DNA from: an uncultured bacterium | GTDB taxonomy: Bacteria > Verrucomicrobiota > Verrucomicrobiia > CAIQCK01 | DNA length: 64,000 nucleotides | Direction of reading: 5' to 3' | Assembly: GCA_903870275.1 (NCBI GenBank) | Contig: CAIQCK010000103.1 | Location: forward strand, 3,819 to 67,818 | Part shown: positions 1-8,259 of the stretch, piece by piece | Layout of the letters: every line of letters begins with the position of its first letter | Position numbering within the stretch: position 1 is the stretch's first letter | The notes under the pieces: model-generated | The model's input: only the letters and a program-made list of their open reading frames with translations | Database searches by the model: none | Told to the model about the DNA's origin: nothing | Program-made: the position numbers and the translations under genes

Positions 1-132
1 TTGGAAGCCCGGGGCAAAACTGCCAGGCCAGCCGATCTGCCGGCCGACGACGCGCCGCCTGTCATCACGCTGCCCGCCACCCCGGCGTCAAAGACAAACG
101 CCTTGCCCAAGCGCAAGTAGCCGCGCGCCGCA

Positions 133-702
133 TTACAGTTTCACCGATGGCGCCTGCCGCTCAACAGCCGCTTCGATCTCGAAGAAATCCGCTGTCTGAA
201 ATCCGAAGGCGTTGGCGATGAATACCGACGGCACAGTCTGGCAGCGCGTGTTGTAGTCGCGGACGTTGGCGTTGTAGAACCGCCGCGCCGCCTGAAGGCG
301 GTCCTCCGTGTCCACCAGCGACTGCTGGAGATTCAAAAAGTTCTGGTTCGCTTTCAGTTCCGGATAGTTCTCCACCACCGCAAAGAGCGATTTCAGCGTG
401 CGCACCAGATTGTTCTCGTCCACCGCCTGGCTCGACGGCCGGCCTGTCGAGGCCACCGCCGCCGCGCGCGCCTGCGCCACCGCCTCGAACACACCGCGCT
501 CGTGCGCCGCGTAGCCGCGCACTGTCTCGACGAGGTTCGGGATCAGGTCGTAGCGCCGCTTCAACTCCGTGTCCACGTTCGCCCAGCTCTCGCGCACCAG
601 GTTGCGAAGCGACACAAGCTGGTTGTAGAGCGCCACGAAGATAAGCAGCGGCATCCCGAGAATGATCACCACGACGATGATGGGCAGGCAGTTGGCATTC
701 AT
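133..702 (-). CDS. lemA: LemA family membrane protein
   Basis: ORF 133..804 trimmed to the ATG at 702. N-terminal TM helix (LPIIVVVIILGMPLLIFVALY) is followed by LemA-type blocks (WANVDTELKRRYDLIPNLVETVRGYAAHE; ENYPELKAN; RRFYNANVRDYN). The ATG overlaps the upstream stop (ATGA at 699-702). Confidence 0.9.
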   Translation of the reverse strand: MNANCLPIIVVVIILGMPLLIFVALYNQLVSLRNLVRESWANVDTELKRRYDLIPNLVETVRGYAAHERGVFEAVAQARAAAVASTGRPSSQAVDENNLVRTLKSLFAVVENYPELKANQNFLNLQQSLVDTEDRLQAARRFYNANVRDYNTRCQTVPSVFIANAFGFQTADFFEIEAAVERQAPSVKL

Positions 703-1418
703 GCTTGTGCTCGCTCGCGGAGTTTGTCGAACAGGTAGTGCGGCAATCCTTCGACGAGGCTGCGCGCCAGATCGAGCGCCGCCGCCATCGTTTCCGGTTC
801 CCACGTCCGCTCGTCGAAAATCAAGATGGCCGAGCCGTTAAATTCGATGTGCCGGAACGGGCTGGCCAGCAGCCGCTGCATTGTCTGCGCGTTGATGATG
901 TCGAAGGCGATCTCGCGGTTCTCGGCCTTCACGTGGAAGACGCGGTTGAACTCCGCGCTCTCAAACTCCAGGTCGTGAAAGCCGACGAGATGCGCGGCCT
1001 TGTCGAGGAAGTTTTCCGGCCGCAGCCAGATCGCCGGCACGGGGTAGCTCAACTCCACAATCCCCGCCGAGCAGTAGGTGGTGTGCTCCTGCCGCTCCAT
1101 GTTGCCCTTGCTGTCGGTGGTGTAAGTGACCGTGGTGTATTGGAAATCGCATGCGCAATAGTTGCGGCCCTCCACCGCGCCGCGGATCACGTTGGAGGCG
1201 TAGCTGGAGTCGCCGCGCTGGAACAGCTCGAACTGCGCGAACGTGCCGGGCACGCCGATCGGGTCTTCGCCGCTGAACGCCAGCCCGCGTGCCGCCGCCA
1301 GTTGCGCCAGCGCCTGCCGCCGTTCCTGCGCGCGCTTGGCCGACCACCACACCAAAAAACCAACCACCGCGCCGATGGCGAGTATGAAGAACCAGAATGT
1401 GTTGCCGTCGAAAGGCAC
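699..1418 (-). CDS. membrane-anchored hypothetical protein, DUF3137-like LemA partner (tentative family)
   Basis: 239-aa ORF with an N-terminal TM (FWFFILAIGAVVGFLVWW) and ordinary protein composition. It has a 4-nt overlap with the lemA start. The family name is recalled from LemA neighbourhoods and is not verified. Confidence 0.7.
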   Translation of the reverse strand: MPFDGNTFWFFILAIGAVVGFLVWWSAKRAQERRQALAQLAAARGLAFSGEDPIGVPGTFAQFELFQRGDSSYASNVIRGAVEGRNYCACDFQYTTVTYTTDSKGNMERQEHTTYCSAGIVELSYPVPAIWLRPENFLDKAAHLVGFHDLEFESAEFNRVFHVKAENREIAFDIINAQTMQRLLASPFRHIEFNGSAILIFDERTWEPETMAAALDLARSLVEGLPHYLFDKLRERAQA

Positions 1419-1443
1419 GACGAAGCTGTAGCAAGCCTTGGCG

Positions 1444-3777
1444 CTATTTGCGAACCGAAATCAGCGCAGGTGGCACCAGGTTTTTCAGCCCGATCAGCGA
1501 GAAAACGTAGAGCGCGGCGGCGATCACCAGCAGCCATTGGTAGCCAACCACCAGCGAGAGGTATTCGAGCAGTCCGCCCAGCACCGCGCCCGCAATGTTC
1601 GCGCCGAACGCCAGTTCGGGCGACTTCGAGTTCCGGAACGAGCAGGCGAAGATGACGCCGGCGAAAAGAATCGGCAGACACATGACCACCGCGGACTTGG
1701 CCACTCGCAGCGCGAAGGTGTCCGCCAGAAGCCAGTCGAGTGGGATGCAGAGGTTGACGGCAAGGGCGGCGGCGAGTCCCGCGTAGTAGGGCCACATGCG
1801 TTGCGGCCGCGCCAGCAGGACGTACAGATTCGCCGCCAGAATCATCGCGAGAATCGCCGCGAAGACGATGGAGTTGACCAGCCAGGTGGAACCGAACAAC
1901 TGCGCCGCCTGGGTCACGCTTTTTGTCTCGATCAACATAAAGCCGGCTCCGAGGAAGAAGAAGTGCGGATTGACGCCGCGCAGCGTGCGGACCGGCGCGA
2001 AGACGGCCAGCAAGCCGAGCGAGAGGCCAAGCATCAGCGCCAGCCCCCGCCAGTTGTGCGCCGGGATGCGCGGCTCGCGCAAATAGAGGAACGGCCAATC
2101 GTCCTCGGGCAGTTTCCAGGTTTGCGACTCGATCAGGCTGGCCGATTTGAGGCGCACCGCCTCGCCCTCCGGCGCCGGTCTGCCTGCCAAATCGGCGGTG
2201 GTTGCCGTGAAGCCGTTGAGGGTTCGGTGGAAGTTCGGGTCCTGGTTGAAGAACAGAAAACTTCCGTGCTCGCTGAATTGTTTGCGAATCGGGCTGAGCG
2301 CATCGAGACCGCCGCCCAGCAGCATCGCCATGTGCATTCCCTCGCTCTCACTGTCGCGAATCTCGTCGCGCGGCGGCAGTGAAAGCAGCAGCGGCTCGCA
2401 ACCGAAGCTGTCGCGCATCATCCGGTGCAACCGGGCCACAATCCAGCCCTGGCGGTAGAAGTTGTAGGCGGCAAACACGCCACCGGGCTTCAAGTGCCGC
2501 GCGACGTCCGCGAACGCCTGCCGGGTGAACAGGAAATTTTCCAACCGGATGCTGGAAAAGCTGGAGTGCAACGTCAGCGAGTCCACGAGCGCATAGACGA
2601 TCAGGTCGTATTTCCGGTCGGTCGTCCGCAGGAAGGAGCGGCCGTCGTCAATAATCAACCGCACGCGCGGGTCGTCGTAAGGCCGGTTTGGGTGATGCCG
2701 CCGGCCAAGCCGCGCAATGGCCGGATCAATCTCCACCGCGTCAATGTGCTCCGCCCCTTGCGCGAGTCCGTGGGCCACGTCGTTGCCCGACCCGGCGCCG
2801 ATCACCAGCACGTCTCGAATCGGCGGCAATCCGGCGTCACGCCTCAGCAGATACGGCAACGCGTAGGCCGTCGCCGCCTTGGTGCGGTCCACCATGCGCT
2901 GGTGCGACAAATCATTAACCGAGATGTCCTGCGTCTCCGGCGCGTAACGGATGGAATAATAAGGCGACCAGTGAAACACACACACCGTCCCGCGCCAGCC
3001 CGTCACGCCGATGGCCACCAGCACAACGGCCAGCAGCGCCGTGTTCGAGACGGTGAGCCGCCCCGACGCCCGCAGAAAATAAATCACGCACGCCATGCCG
3101 ACGGCGAACCAGGCCACGGGCGGCAGTTCGCAATACGCCATCGCCCCAAACGCCACGATGCCCGCCAGGCTGCCCGCGATGTTGATGGTGTAGGATTGGA
3201 TGCGATTCTCGATCGCGGCGAGCTTGTTTCCCAAAATCTGGCCGAGCGCCACGAACCACAACGCAATCAGCGTGAAAAAAACGCCCATCAGCAACTCGAC
3301 CGGGATGACCAGTTTCGCCGTCGCCGCTCCCGCGAGTTCGGTGCCGAAGTAAACGAGTTGCGGGCTGCGCTGGTTGCCGACATCCACGCCCGCCAGCCAC
3401 GCGCTGCCCACGGCTGCATAGACCGCCAGCGCCGCCGCGCAGGTCACGCCCATCAGCGTCGGCAGATATGGCAGCACTTTCCACCGGCCGTCGCACGCCA
3501 GACAGCCGACCGACATCCCGACGAACGCCGCCAGCAGCACCGTGTTGGTGAAGAACGTCAGCGAAAAAACGTAGGCGGGAAACCACCGGATCGCGGCCAG
3601 TTCCAAAAACAGGATGGCGAAGCTGATCAGAAACAAATCGAACTTCGGGCGCGCCGCCGCCGGCGCCGGCGATGGCCGTCCCCGCGCCGCGCGCTGGGCC
3701 GCCAGCCACGCCCCCAAGCCGATCATCGCACCGCCCACCAGCGCAAAACACCAAAACGCGTCGCTGTCAAAATCCAT
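1444..3777 (-). CDS. polytopic membrane protein with a central spermidine-synthase-like (class I SAM-dependent) domain
   Basis: 777-aa ORF with many hydrophobic helices at both ends. The central soluble part carries a glycine-rich SAM loop (VLVIGAGSGNDV), IDAVEIDP and DLIVYALVDS, as in spermidine/spermine synthase-like proteins. Confidence 0.85.
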   Translation of the reverse strand: MDFDSDAFWCFALVGGAMIGLGAWLAAQRAARGRPSPAPAAARPKFDLFLISFAILFLELAAIRWFPAYVFSLTFFTNTVLLAAFVGMSVGCLACDGRWKVLPYLPTLMGVTCAAALAVYAAVGSAWLAGVDVGNQRSPQLVYFGTELAGAATAKLVIPVELLMGVFFTLIALWFVALGQILGNKLAAIENRIQSYTINIAGSLAGIVAFGAMAYCELPPVAWFAVGMACVIYFLRASGRLTVSNTALLAVVLVAIGVTGWRGTVCVFHWSPYYSIRYAPETQDISVNDLSHQRMVDRTKAATAYALPYLLRRDAGLPPIRDVLVIGAGSGNDVAHGLAQGAEHIDAVEIDPAIARLGRRHHPNRPYDDPRVRLIIDDGRSFLRTTDRKYDLIVYALVDSLTLHSSFSSIRLENFLFTRQAFADVARHLKPGGVFAAYNFYRQGWIVARLHRMMRDSFGCEPLLLSLPPRDEIRDSESEGMHMAMLLGGGLDALSPIRKQFSEHGSFLFFNQDPNFHRTLNGFTATTADLAGRPAPEGEAVRLKSASLIESQTWKLPEDDWPFLYLREPRIPAHNWRGLALMLGLSLGLLAVFAPVRTLRGVNPHFFFLGAGFMLIETKSVTQAAQLFGSTWLVNSIVFAAILAMILAANLYVLLARPQRMWPYYAGLAAALAVNLCIPLDWLLADTFALRVAKSAVVMCLPILFAGVIFACSFRNSKSPELAFGANIAGAVLGGLLEYLSLVVGYQWLLVIAAALYVFSLIGLKNLVPPALISVRK

Positions 3778-3844
3778 TCTGAACCTCTAGCAGGCTGCCG
3801 TGCCGATTGCGAATCGAAATCGCCGGTGATACTCTCCCGACGCT

Positions 3845-4375
3845 ATGGAGATTTTCGCCATCGGCCACTCGACCCAACCGCTGGAGGATTTCGTGGCGCT
3901 GCTCAAGGCGCATGGGATCGAAACCCTCGCCGACATTCGCACGGTGCCCAAGTCGCGCTACAACCCGCAGTTCAACCAGGACCGGCTCGCCCTCGAGTTG
4001 CCGCGCGTCGGCATCCGCTACGTTCACCTCAAGAACCTCGGCGGCCTGCGCCACGCCCGGCCCGACTCGCAAAACCTCGGCTGGGAGAACCCGGGCTTCC
4101 GCGGCTACGCCGACTACATGCAGACGGAGCCGTTTGCCGCGGGGTTGAACGAACTCATCGAGATGGGCGCGCAAAGCCGGACCTCCATCATGTGCGCCGA
4201 GGGCAACCCGGCGCGCTGCCATCGCAATCTGCTGGCGGACGCGCTCACCGTGCGCGGCGTGACCGTGCTGCACATCTCCAGCCCCAAAAGCGCCCATCCC
4301 CACAAGCTCACGCCGTTTGCCTGCGTCGAAGGCACGCGCGTGACCTATCCGGGTTCGCAACCCAATCTGCTCTGA
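3845..4375 (+). CDS. DUF488 family protein
   Basis: 176 aa. N-terminus MEIFAIGHS..., then LADIRTVPKSRYNPQF and YVHLKNLGG, the typical DUF488 blocks. Confidence 0.85.
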   Translation: MEIFAIGHSTQPLEDFVALLKAHGIETLADIRTVPKSRYNPQFNQDRLALELPRVGIRYVHLKNLGGLRHARPDSQNLGWENPGFRGYADYMQTEPFAAGLNELIEMGAQSRTSIMCAEGNPARCHRNLLADALTVRGVTVLHISSPKSAHPHKLTPFACVEGTRVTYPGSQPNLL

Positions 4376-4420
4376 CTTCGTCCATGTGTTTTTTAGTCGC
4401 CGACGTGTAGCCACCGACGC

Positions 4421-4490
4421 GTAGCCGCCGACGTGAGGAGGCGGAAAGGTCGTGACTGAAAAACATTCGCCTCCTTACGTCGGCGGCTAC
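4421..4490. repeat. REP-like inverted repeat (type B 23-mer GTAGCCGCCGACGTRAGGAGGCG)
   Basis: Arm 4421-4443 and arm 4468-4490 are reverse complements with one G/A difference (a G-U pair in RNA) and a 24-nt spacer. They are preceded by two degenerate 14-bp units (4398-4420). A third copy of the 23-mer lies at 27010-27032. Confidence 0.8.
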
Positions 4491-4539
4491 GGTTCGTCCT
4501 CGTCTCGTGCTACGCGTGAAAAAACGGGGCCAGTCAAAA

Positions 4540-4570
4540 ATCCGTGTTCCATCCGTGTTCCATCCGTGGC
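4540..4570 (+). repeat. 11-bp tandem repeat ATCCGTGTTCC x2.8 abutting the mutS start
   Basis: The sequence reads atccgtgttcc atccgtgttcc atccgtggc and ends 4 nt before the ATG at 4575. Confidence 0.85.
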
Positions 4571-4574
4571 TAAT

Positions 4575-7142
4575 ATGCCGCCAGTGACAACGACACCTGA
4601 TCCCAGCCTGACGCCCATGATGCAGCAGTATCGCCGCATCAAGCGGGAAATCCCCGCCGACGCGCTGCTCTTGTTCCGGCTGGGCGATTTTTACGAGATG
4701 TTTTTCGACGACGCAAAGTCCGGCGCGCAGACGCTCAACCTCACCCTCACCCACCGCAACCACGTCCCGATGTGCGGCATCCCGCATCACGCCGCCGAGG
4801 GCTACATCAGCCGCCTCCTGCGCGCGGGCCGCAAGGTCGCCATCTGCGACCAGATGGAGGAGCCGCGCCCCGGCCAGCTCGTGAAACGCGAGATTTCCCA
4901 AATCCTCAGTCCCGGCGCGCACTTCGACGGCCGGATGCTCGACGCCTCCCGCAACAACTACCTCGCCGCGCTCAGCACCGACGGCAAACGCTTCGGCTTC
5001 GCCCTCGTGGACCTGACCACCGGCGACTTCAGGCTGACGGAGCTGGACTCCGCCGAATTGCTCGCGCACGAACTGACGCGCACGCGGCCCGCGGAGGTCG
5101 TCGCGCCGGCGGCCAAGGTCGAGGAGTTGTCGAAGCTGCTGACCGATTCCCGCGTGATGATCACCGGCCACGAGGACTGGGTGTTCGAAAACCAGACGGC
5201 GTTCTTCACGCTGCGCGACCATTTCAAGACGCAATCGCTCGACGGCTTCGGCTGCGCGGGGATGACGCTCGGCATCGGCGCGGGCGGCGCGGCGCTCTAC
5301 TATCTCCAGAACGTCCTCCGCCGAAACGTCAGCCACATCCGCCGCCTGCAAGTGTATCAAACCGCTGAGTTCCTGGTGCTCGACTCGATCTCGCAGCGGA
5401 ACCTCGAACTGGTCGAGCCGCTCCGCCCCGACGCGCCAAAGAACTCCACGCTCTTCGCCGCGCTCAACCGCACCGCCACAGCGATGGGCGCGCGGCTGTT
5501 GCGTGAGTGGATCACGCATCCGTTGCGCAACGCCGAGGCCATCCGCGCGCGGCAAAAGGTGGTCTTCGAGTTCCACGACATGACCGACGTGCTCGCGGAC
5601 TTTCGCGACCAGCTCAGCCTCGTGCGCGACCTGGAGCGAACGCTCGCCCGGCTCACCGCCGGCAGCGGCAACGCTCGCGACCTGCTCGGCCTGAAGGAAT
5701 CGCTCGCCGCCCTGCCCCTCTTGAAGAGCATCGTCGAGCCGCTCGCCTCGCCGCTGGCGCTGACGTTGCGCGGCTCCATCATCGAACTGCCCGACACGTG
5801 CGACCTTGTCCAACGCGCCATCACCGACGAGCCGCCGTTTACGCTCAGCGACGGCGGCGTCATCCGCGAAGGCTTCAGCCCGGAGCTGGACGAAATCCGC
5901 CGCGCGTCCAAGGAGGGCAAGGAGTGGATCGCCAAGCTCCAGCAGGACGAGATCGAGCGCACCGGCATTTCGTCGCTGAAGGTCCGCTACAACTCCGTCT
6001 TCGGCTACTTCATCGAGGTCACCAAGTCCAACCTCGCCAAGGTTCCCGACAACTACACCCGCAAACAGACCGTCGCCACCGGCGAGCGGTTCATCACGCC
6101 GGAGTTGAAGGAGGTCGAGGGCAAAATCCTCGGCGCGGACGAGCGCGCGGCGAAGCTGGAGGTGGAGTTGTTCCATCAGGTCCGCGCGAAGGTGCTGGAG
6201 CAGACCGCCGCCATCCAACAGACCGCCTCGGCCGTCGCCCACCTCGACGTGCTGGCCGGCTTCGCCGAACTGGCGCGGCACCAGAACTACCATTGTCCGG
6301 AGGTCAACGAGGAGGCGCGCATCGAGATCCGCGACGGCCGCCATCCGGTCGTCGAGCAGCTCATGACCGAAGAGCGGTTCGTGCCCAACGACACCGTCAT
6401 GAACGGCTCCGAGGCGCGCGTGCTGGTCATCACCGGCCCGAACATGGCCGGCAAGAGCACCTACATCCGGCAGGTGGCGCTCTTGGTGCTCATGGCGCAG
6501 ATCGGCTCGTGGATTCCCGCTGCCAAGGCCACCGTCGGCATCGTGGACCGCATCTTCACCCGCGTCGGCGCCAGCGACGACCTCGTGCGCGGCCAGAGCA
6601 CGTTCATGGTGGAGATGAACGAGACCGCCAACATCCTCAACAACGCCACCGCCAAGAGCCTCGTCATCCTCGACGAGATCGGCCGCGGCACCAGCACGTT
6701 CGACGGCCTCTCCATCGCGTGGTCGGTCGCCGAGCACCTGCACAACGAGGTCAAGGCCAAGACGCTCTTCGCCACGCACTATCACGAGCTGACCGAACTG
6801 GCCCGCACCTGTTCCGCCGTCAAGAACTACAACGTCGCCGTCCGCGAGTGGAGCGACCAGATCATCTTCATCCGCAAGATCGTCGAGGGCGGCACCGACA
6901 AGAGCTACGGCATCCACGTCGCCCGCCTCGCCGGCCTCCCCCGCCCCGTCATCGAGCGCGCCAAGGAAATCCTCCGCAACCTCGAGGAGAGCGAACTGAC
7001 CCCCGAAGGCCAGCCCAAGATCGCCCAGCACGAGCACGGCCGGGGGAAAGCCGGAACGCGAAAGGCGAAAGGCGGAACCAAGCCCGCCAAAGTCAGCGAG
7101 CCGCCCCCGCAGATGTTTTTGTTCGGGGATAAGGTGAAATGA
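4575..7142 (+). CDS. mutS: DNA mismatch repair protein MutS
   Basis: N-terminus TPMMQQYRRIKRE...LFRLGDFYEMFFDDA, Walker A GPNMAGKSTYIRQ, and STFMVEMNETANIL...DEIGRGTSTFDGLSIAW. Start set at the ATG at 4575, because the 41 codons upstream translate the REP hairpin and the tandem repeat. Confidence 0.97.
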   Translation: MPPVTTTPDPSLTPMMQQYRRIKREIPADALLLFRLGDFYEMFFDDAKSGAQTLNLTLTHRNHVPMCGIPHHAAEGYISRLLRAGRKVAICDQMEEPRPGQLVKREISQILSPGAHFDGRMLDASRNNYLAALSTDGKRFGFALVDLTTGDFRLTELDSAELLAHELTRTRPAEVVAPAAKVEELSKLLTDSRVMITGHEDWVFENQTAFFTLRDHFKTQSLDGFGCAGMTLGIGAGGAALYYLQNVLRRNVSHIRRLQVYQTAEFLVLDSISQRNLELVEPLRPDAPKNSTLFAALNRTATAMGARLLREWITHPLRNAEAIRARQKVVFEFHDMTDVLADFRDQLSLVRDLERTLARLTAGSGNARDLLGLKESLAALPLLKSIVEPLASPLALTLRGSIIELPDTCDLVQRAITDEPPFTLSDGGVIREGFSPELDEIRRASKEGKEWIAKLQQDEIERTGISSLKVRYNSVFGYFIEVTKSNLAKVPDNYTRKQTVATGERFITPELKEVEGKILGADERAAKLEVELFHQVRAKVLEQTAAIQQTASAVAHLDVLAGFAELARHQNYHCPEVNEEARIEIRDGRHPVVEQLMTEERFVPNDTVMNGSEARVLVITGPNMAGKSTYIRQVALLVLMAQIGSWIPAAKATVGIVDRIFTRVGASDDLVRGQSTFMVEMNETANILNNATAKSLVILDEIGRGTSTFDGLSIAWSVAEHLHNEVKAKTLFATHYHELTELARTCSAVKNYNVAVREWSDQIIFIRKIVEGGTDKSYGIHVARLAGLPRPVIERAKEILRNLEESELTPEGQPKIAQHEHGRGKAGTRKAKGGTKPAKVSEPPPQMFLFGDKVK

Positions 7143-8236
7143 ATGCCGTAGGCAAGATTGGAATGTTCTGCCTTCTCTTGGCGGCAGTGGTTGTTTCTTT
7201 CCTTACGGGCTGTGCAATTGCGCGAGTGCCATATGACGTGACGGTGAAGTATGCAGAGGTTCGTGGTAACATGATTAAGGAGGAGTTCCACAAACAAGTC
7301 CCCTCAGAAATCAAGACATTTGAAGACCTAACCAAGCTGCTGGACGCCTACGACAAGTTCAAAGGCGTAAAGCAGATGAGCTTCGAAGAAAGCGTCTGGA
7401 CCGATGAGGCTCGCGAGGCCATTCGCGGTTTGGAATTCAATCATAACACTTCAGCAGTTTTCTTGGTCGAGATAGTTAGGCGAGAGTTCGATTGCGAAGA
7501 CTTTTGCAAATTCGCCGCGGAACACAGAAACGCAACTGTGGAGTTACTTGATCGCCTTGCAGATCACCCCAGAGAATCTGTTTGGCTTCAAGTCACCAAG
7601 AATTCGAACGTGACCACAGAACTGTTGCGAAAGATATATTTCAACCCAAAGTCTAATTTCTATGTTCGCGGTTACGCAGCTCACAATCCAAAGGCTCCGC
7701 CCGAAATCGTCACCGCTTTTCTTCAGGAAGCGATGTCGAACACGGATCCAAGAAAGAGATGCTGGGCTAGCGGTTTTCCACGCGCGTCGTTATCCTTAGG
7801 AGATTATTCAAAATTGTCGAAAGACCTCGACAAACGCGTTAGAGATGCGCTGGCTAGAAATCCATCAGCGCCAATCTCCATGCTGGAGTCACTTTCGGAA
7901 GATGCTGACCCATATGTGAGCCGGCACGCCCGCGAAACAATTCAAAAGGTGAAGACAAATCACTTCACAAAGAAGGCTCAAGATTTTGTTTGCAGCAACA
8001 AAACGGTTCTTAATCTGATCGGCTCGGTGCCAGAATTTCACCAATTCGATACCAGTTCCTCTAAAGAGCCGTGCCCCGACGGCGGATTTGCGGGACACAC
8101 CTACTTCAGAGTAGAGACACCATCAGCGCACAAAGGCTGTTTGATCAAGATTAGTTGGCGATCCAAAGATTGCGAAGACGACTTCCAACCATTGGAAATT
8201 CAGGCAAACAGCAAAGTGATTTGGAAGACGCAATAA
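7139..8236 (+). CDS. lipoprotein with LRV/HEAT-like repeats (unknown function)
   Basis: Signal peptide plus lipobox (LLLAAVVVSFLTGC). Repeated x-NP-x-x-P-x-x-L units (AAHNPKAPPEIV, ARNPSAPISMLESL, ADHPRESV). Visibly AT-richer than its flanks. Its ATG overlaps the mutS stop (ATGA at 7139-7142). Confidence 0.7.
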   Translation: MNAVGKIGMFCLLLAAVVVSFLTGCAIARVPYDVTVKYAEVRGNMIKEEFHKQVPSEIKTFEDLTKLLDAYDKFKGVKQMSFEESVWTDEAREAIRGLEFNHNTSAVFLVEIVRREFDCEDFCKFAAEHRNATVELLDRLADHPRESVWLQVTKNSNVTTELLRKIYFNPKSNFYVRGYAAHNPKAPPEIVTAFLQEAMSNTDPRKRCWASGFPRASLSLGDYSKLSKDLDKRVRDALARNPSAPISMLESLSEDADPYVSRHARETIQKVKTNHFTKKAQDFVCSNKTVLNLIGSVPEFHQFDTSSSKEPCPDGGFAGHTYFRVETPSAHKGCLIKISWRSKDCEDDFQPLEIQANSKVIWKTQ

Positions 8237-8259
8237 TCTTCCACAAAATTCCTCACCCC

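Noticed and set aside
1-120. Open frame running from the window edge to the TAG at 118-120 (…PADLPADDAPPVITLPATPASKTNALPKRK*).
   Set aside because: It is plausibly the 3' end of an upstream gene, but 39 low-complexity codons give no basis for a call.
4308-7037. 909-aa ORF antisense to mutS. Similar long antisense or alternate-frame ORFs include 33315..36353, 36841..39114, 48657..50705, 19856..21670, 23464..24441, 24573..25853 and 705..1655.
   Set aside because: They lie opposite or out of frame to genes with unmistakable family motifs. They have Arg/Ala/Gly/Pro-dominated, low-complexity composition, and are the expected consequence of stop-codon scarcity in high-GC DNA.
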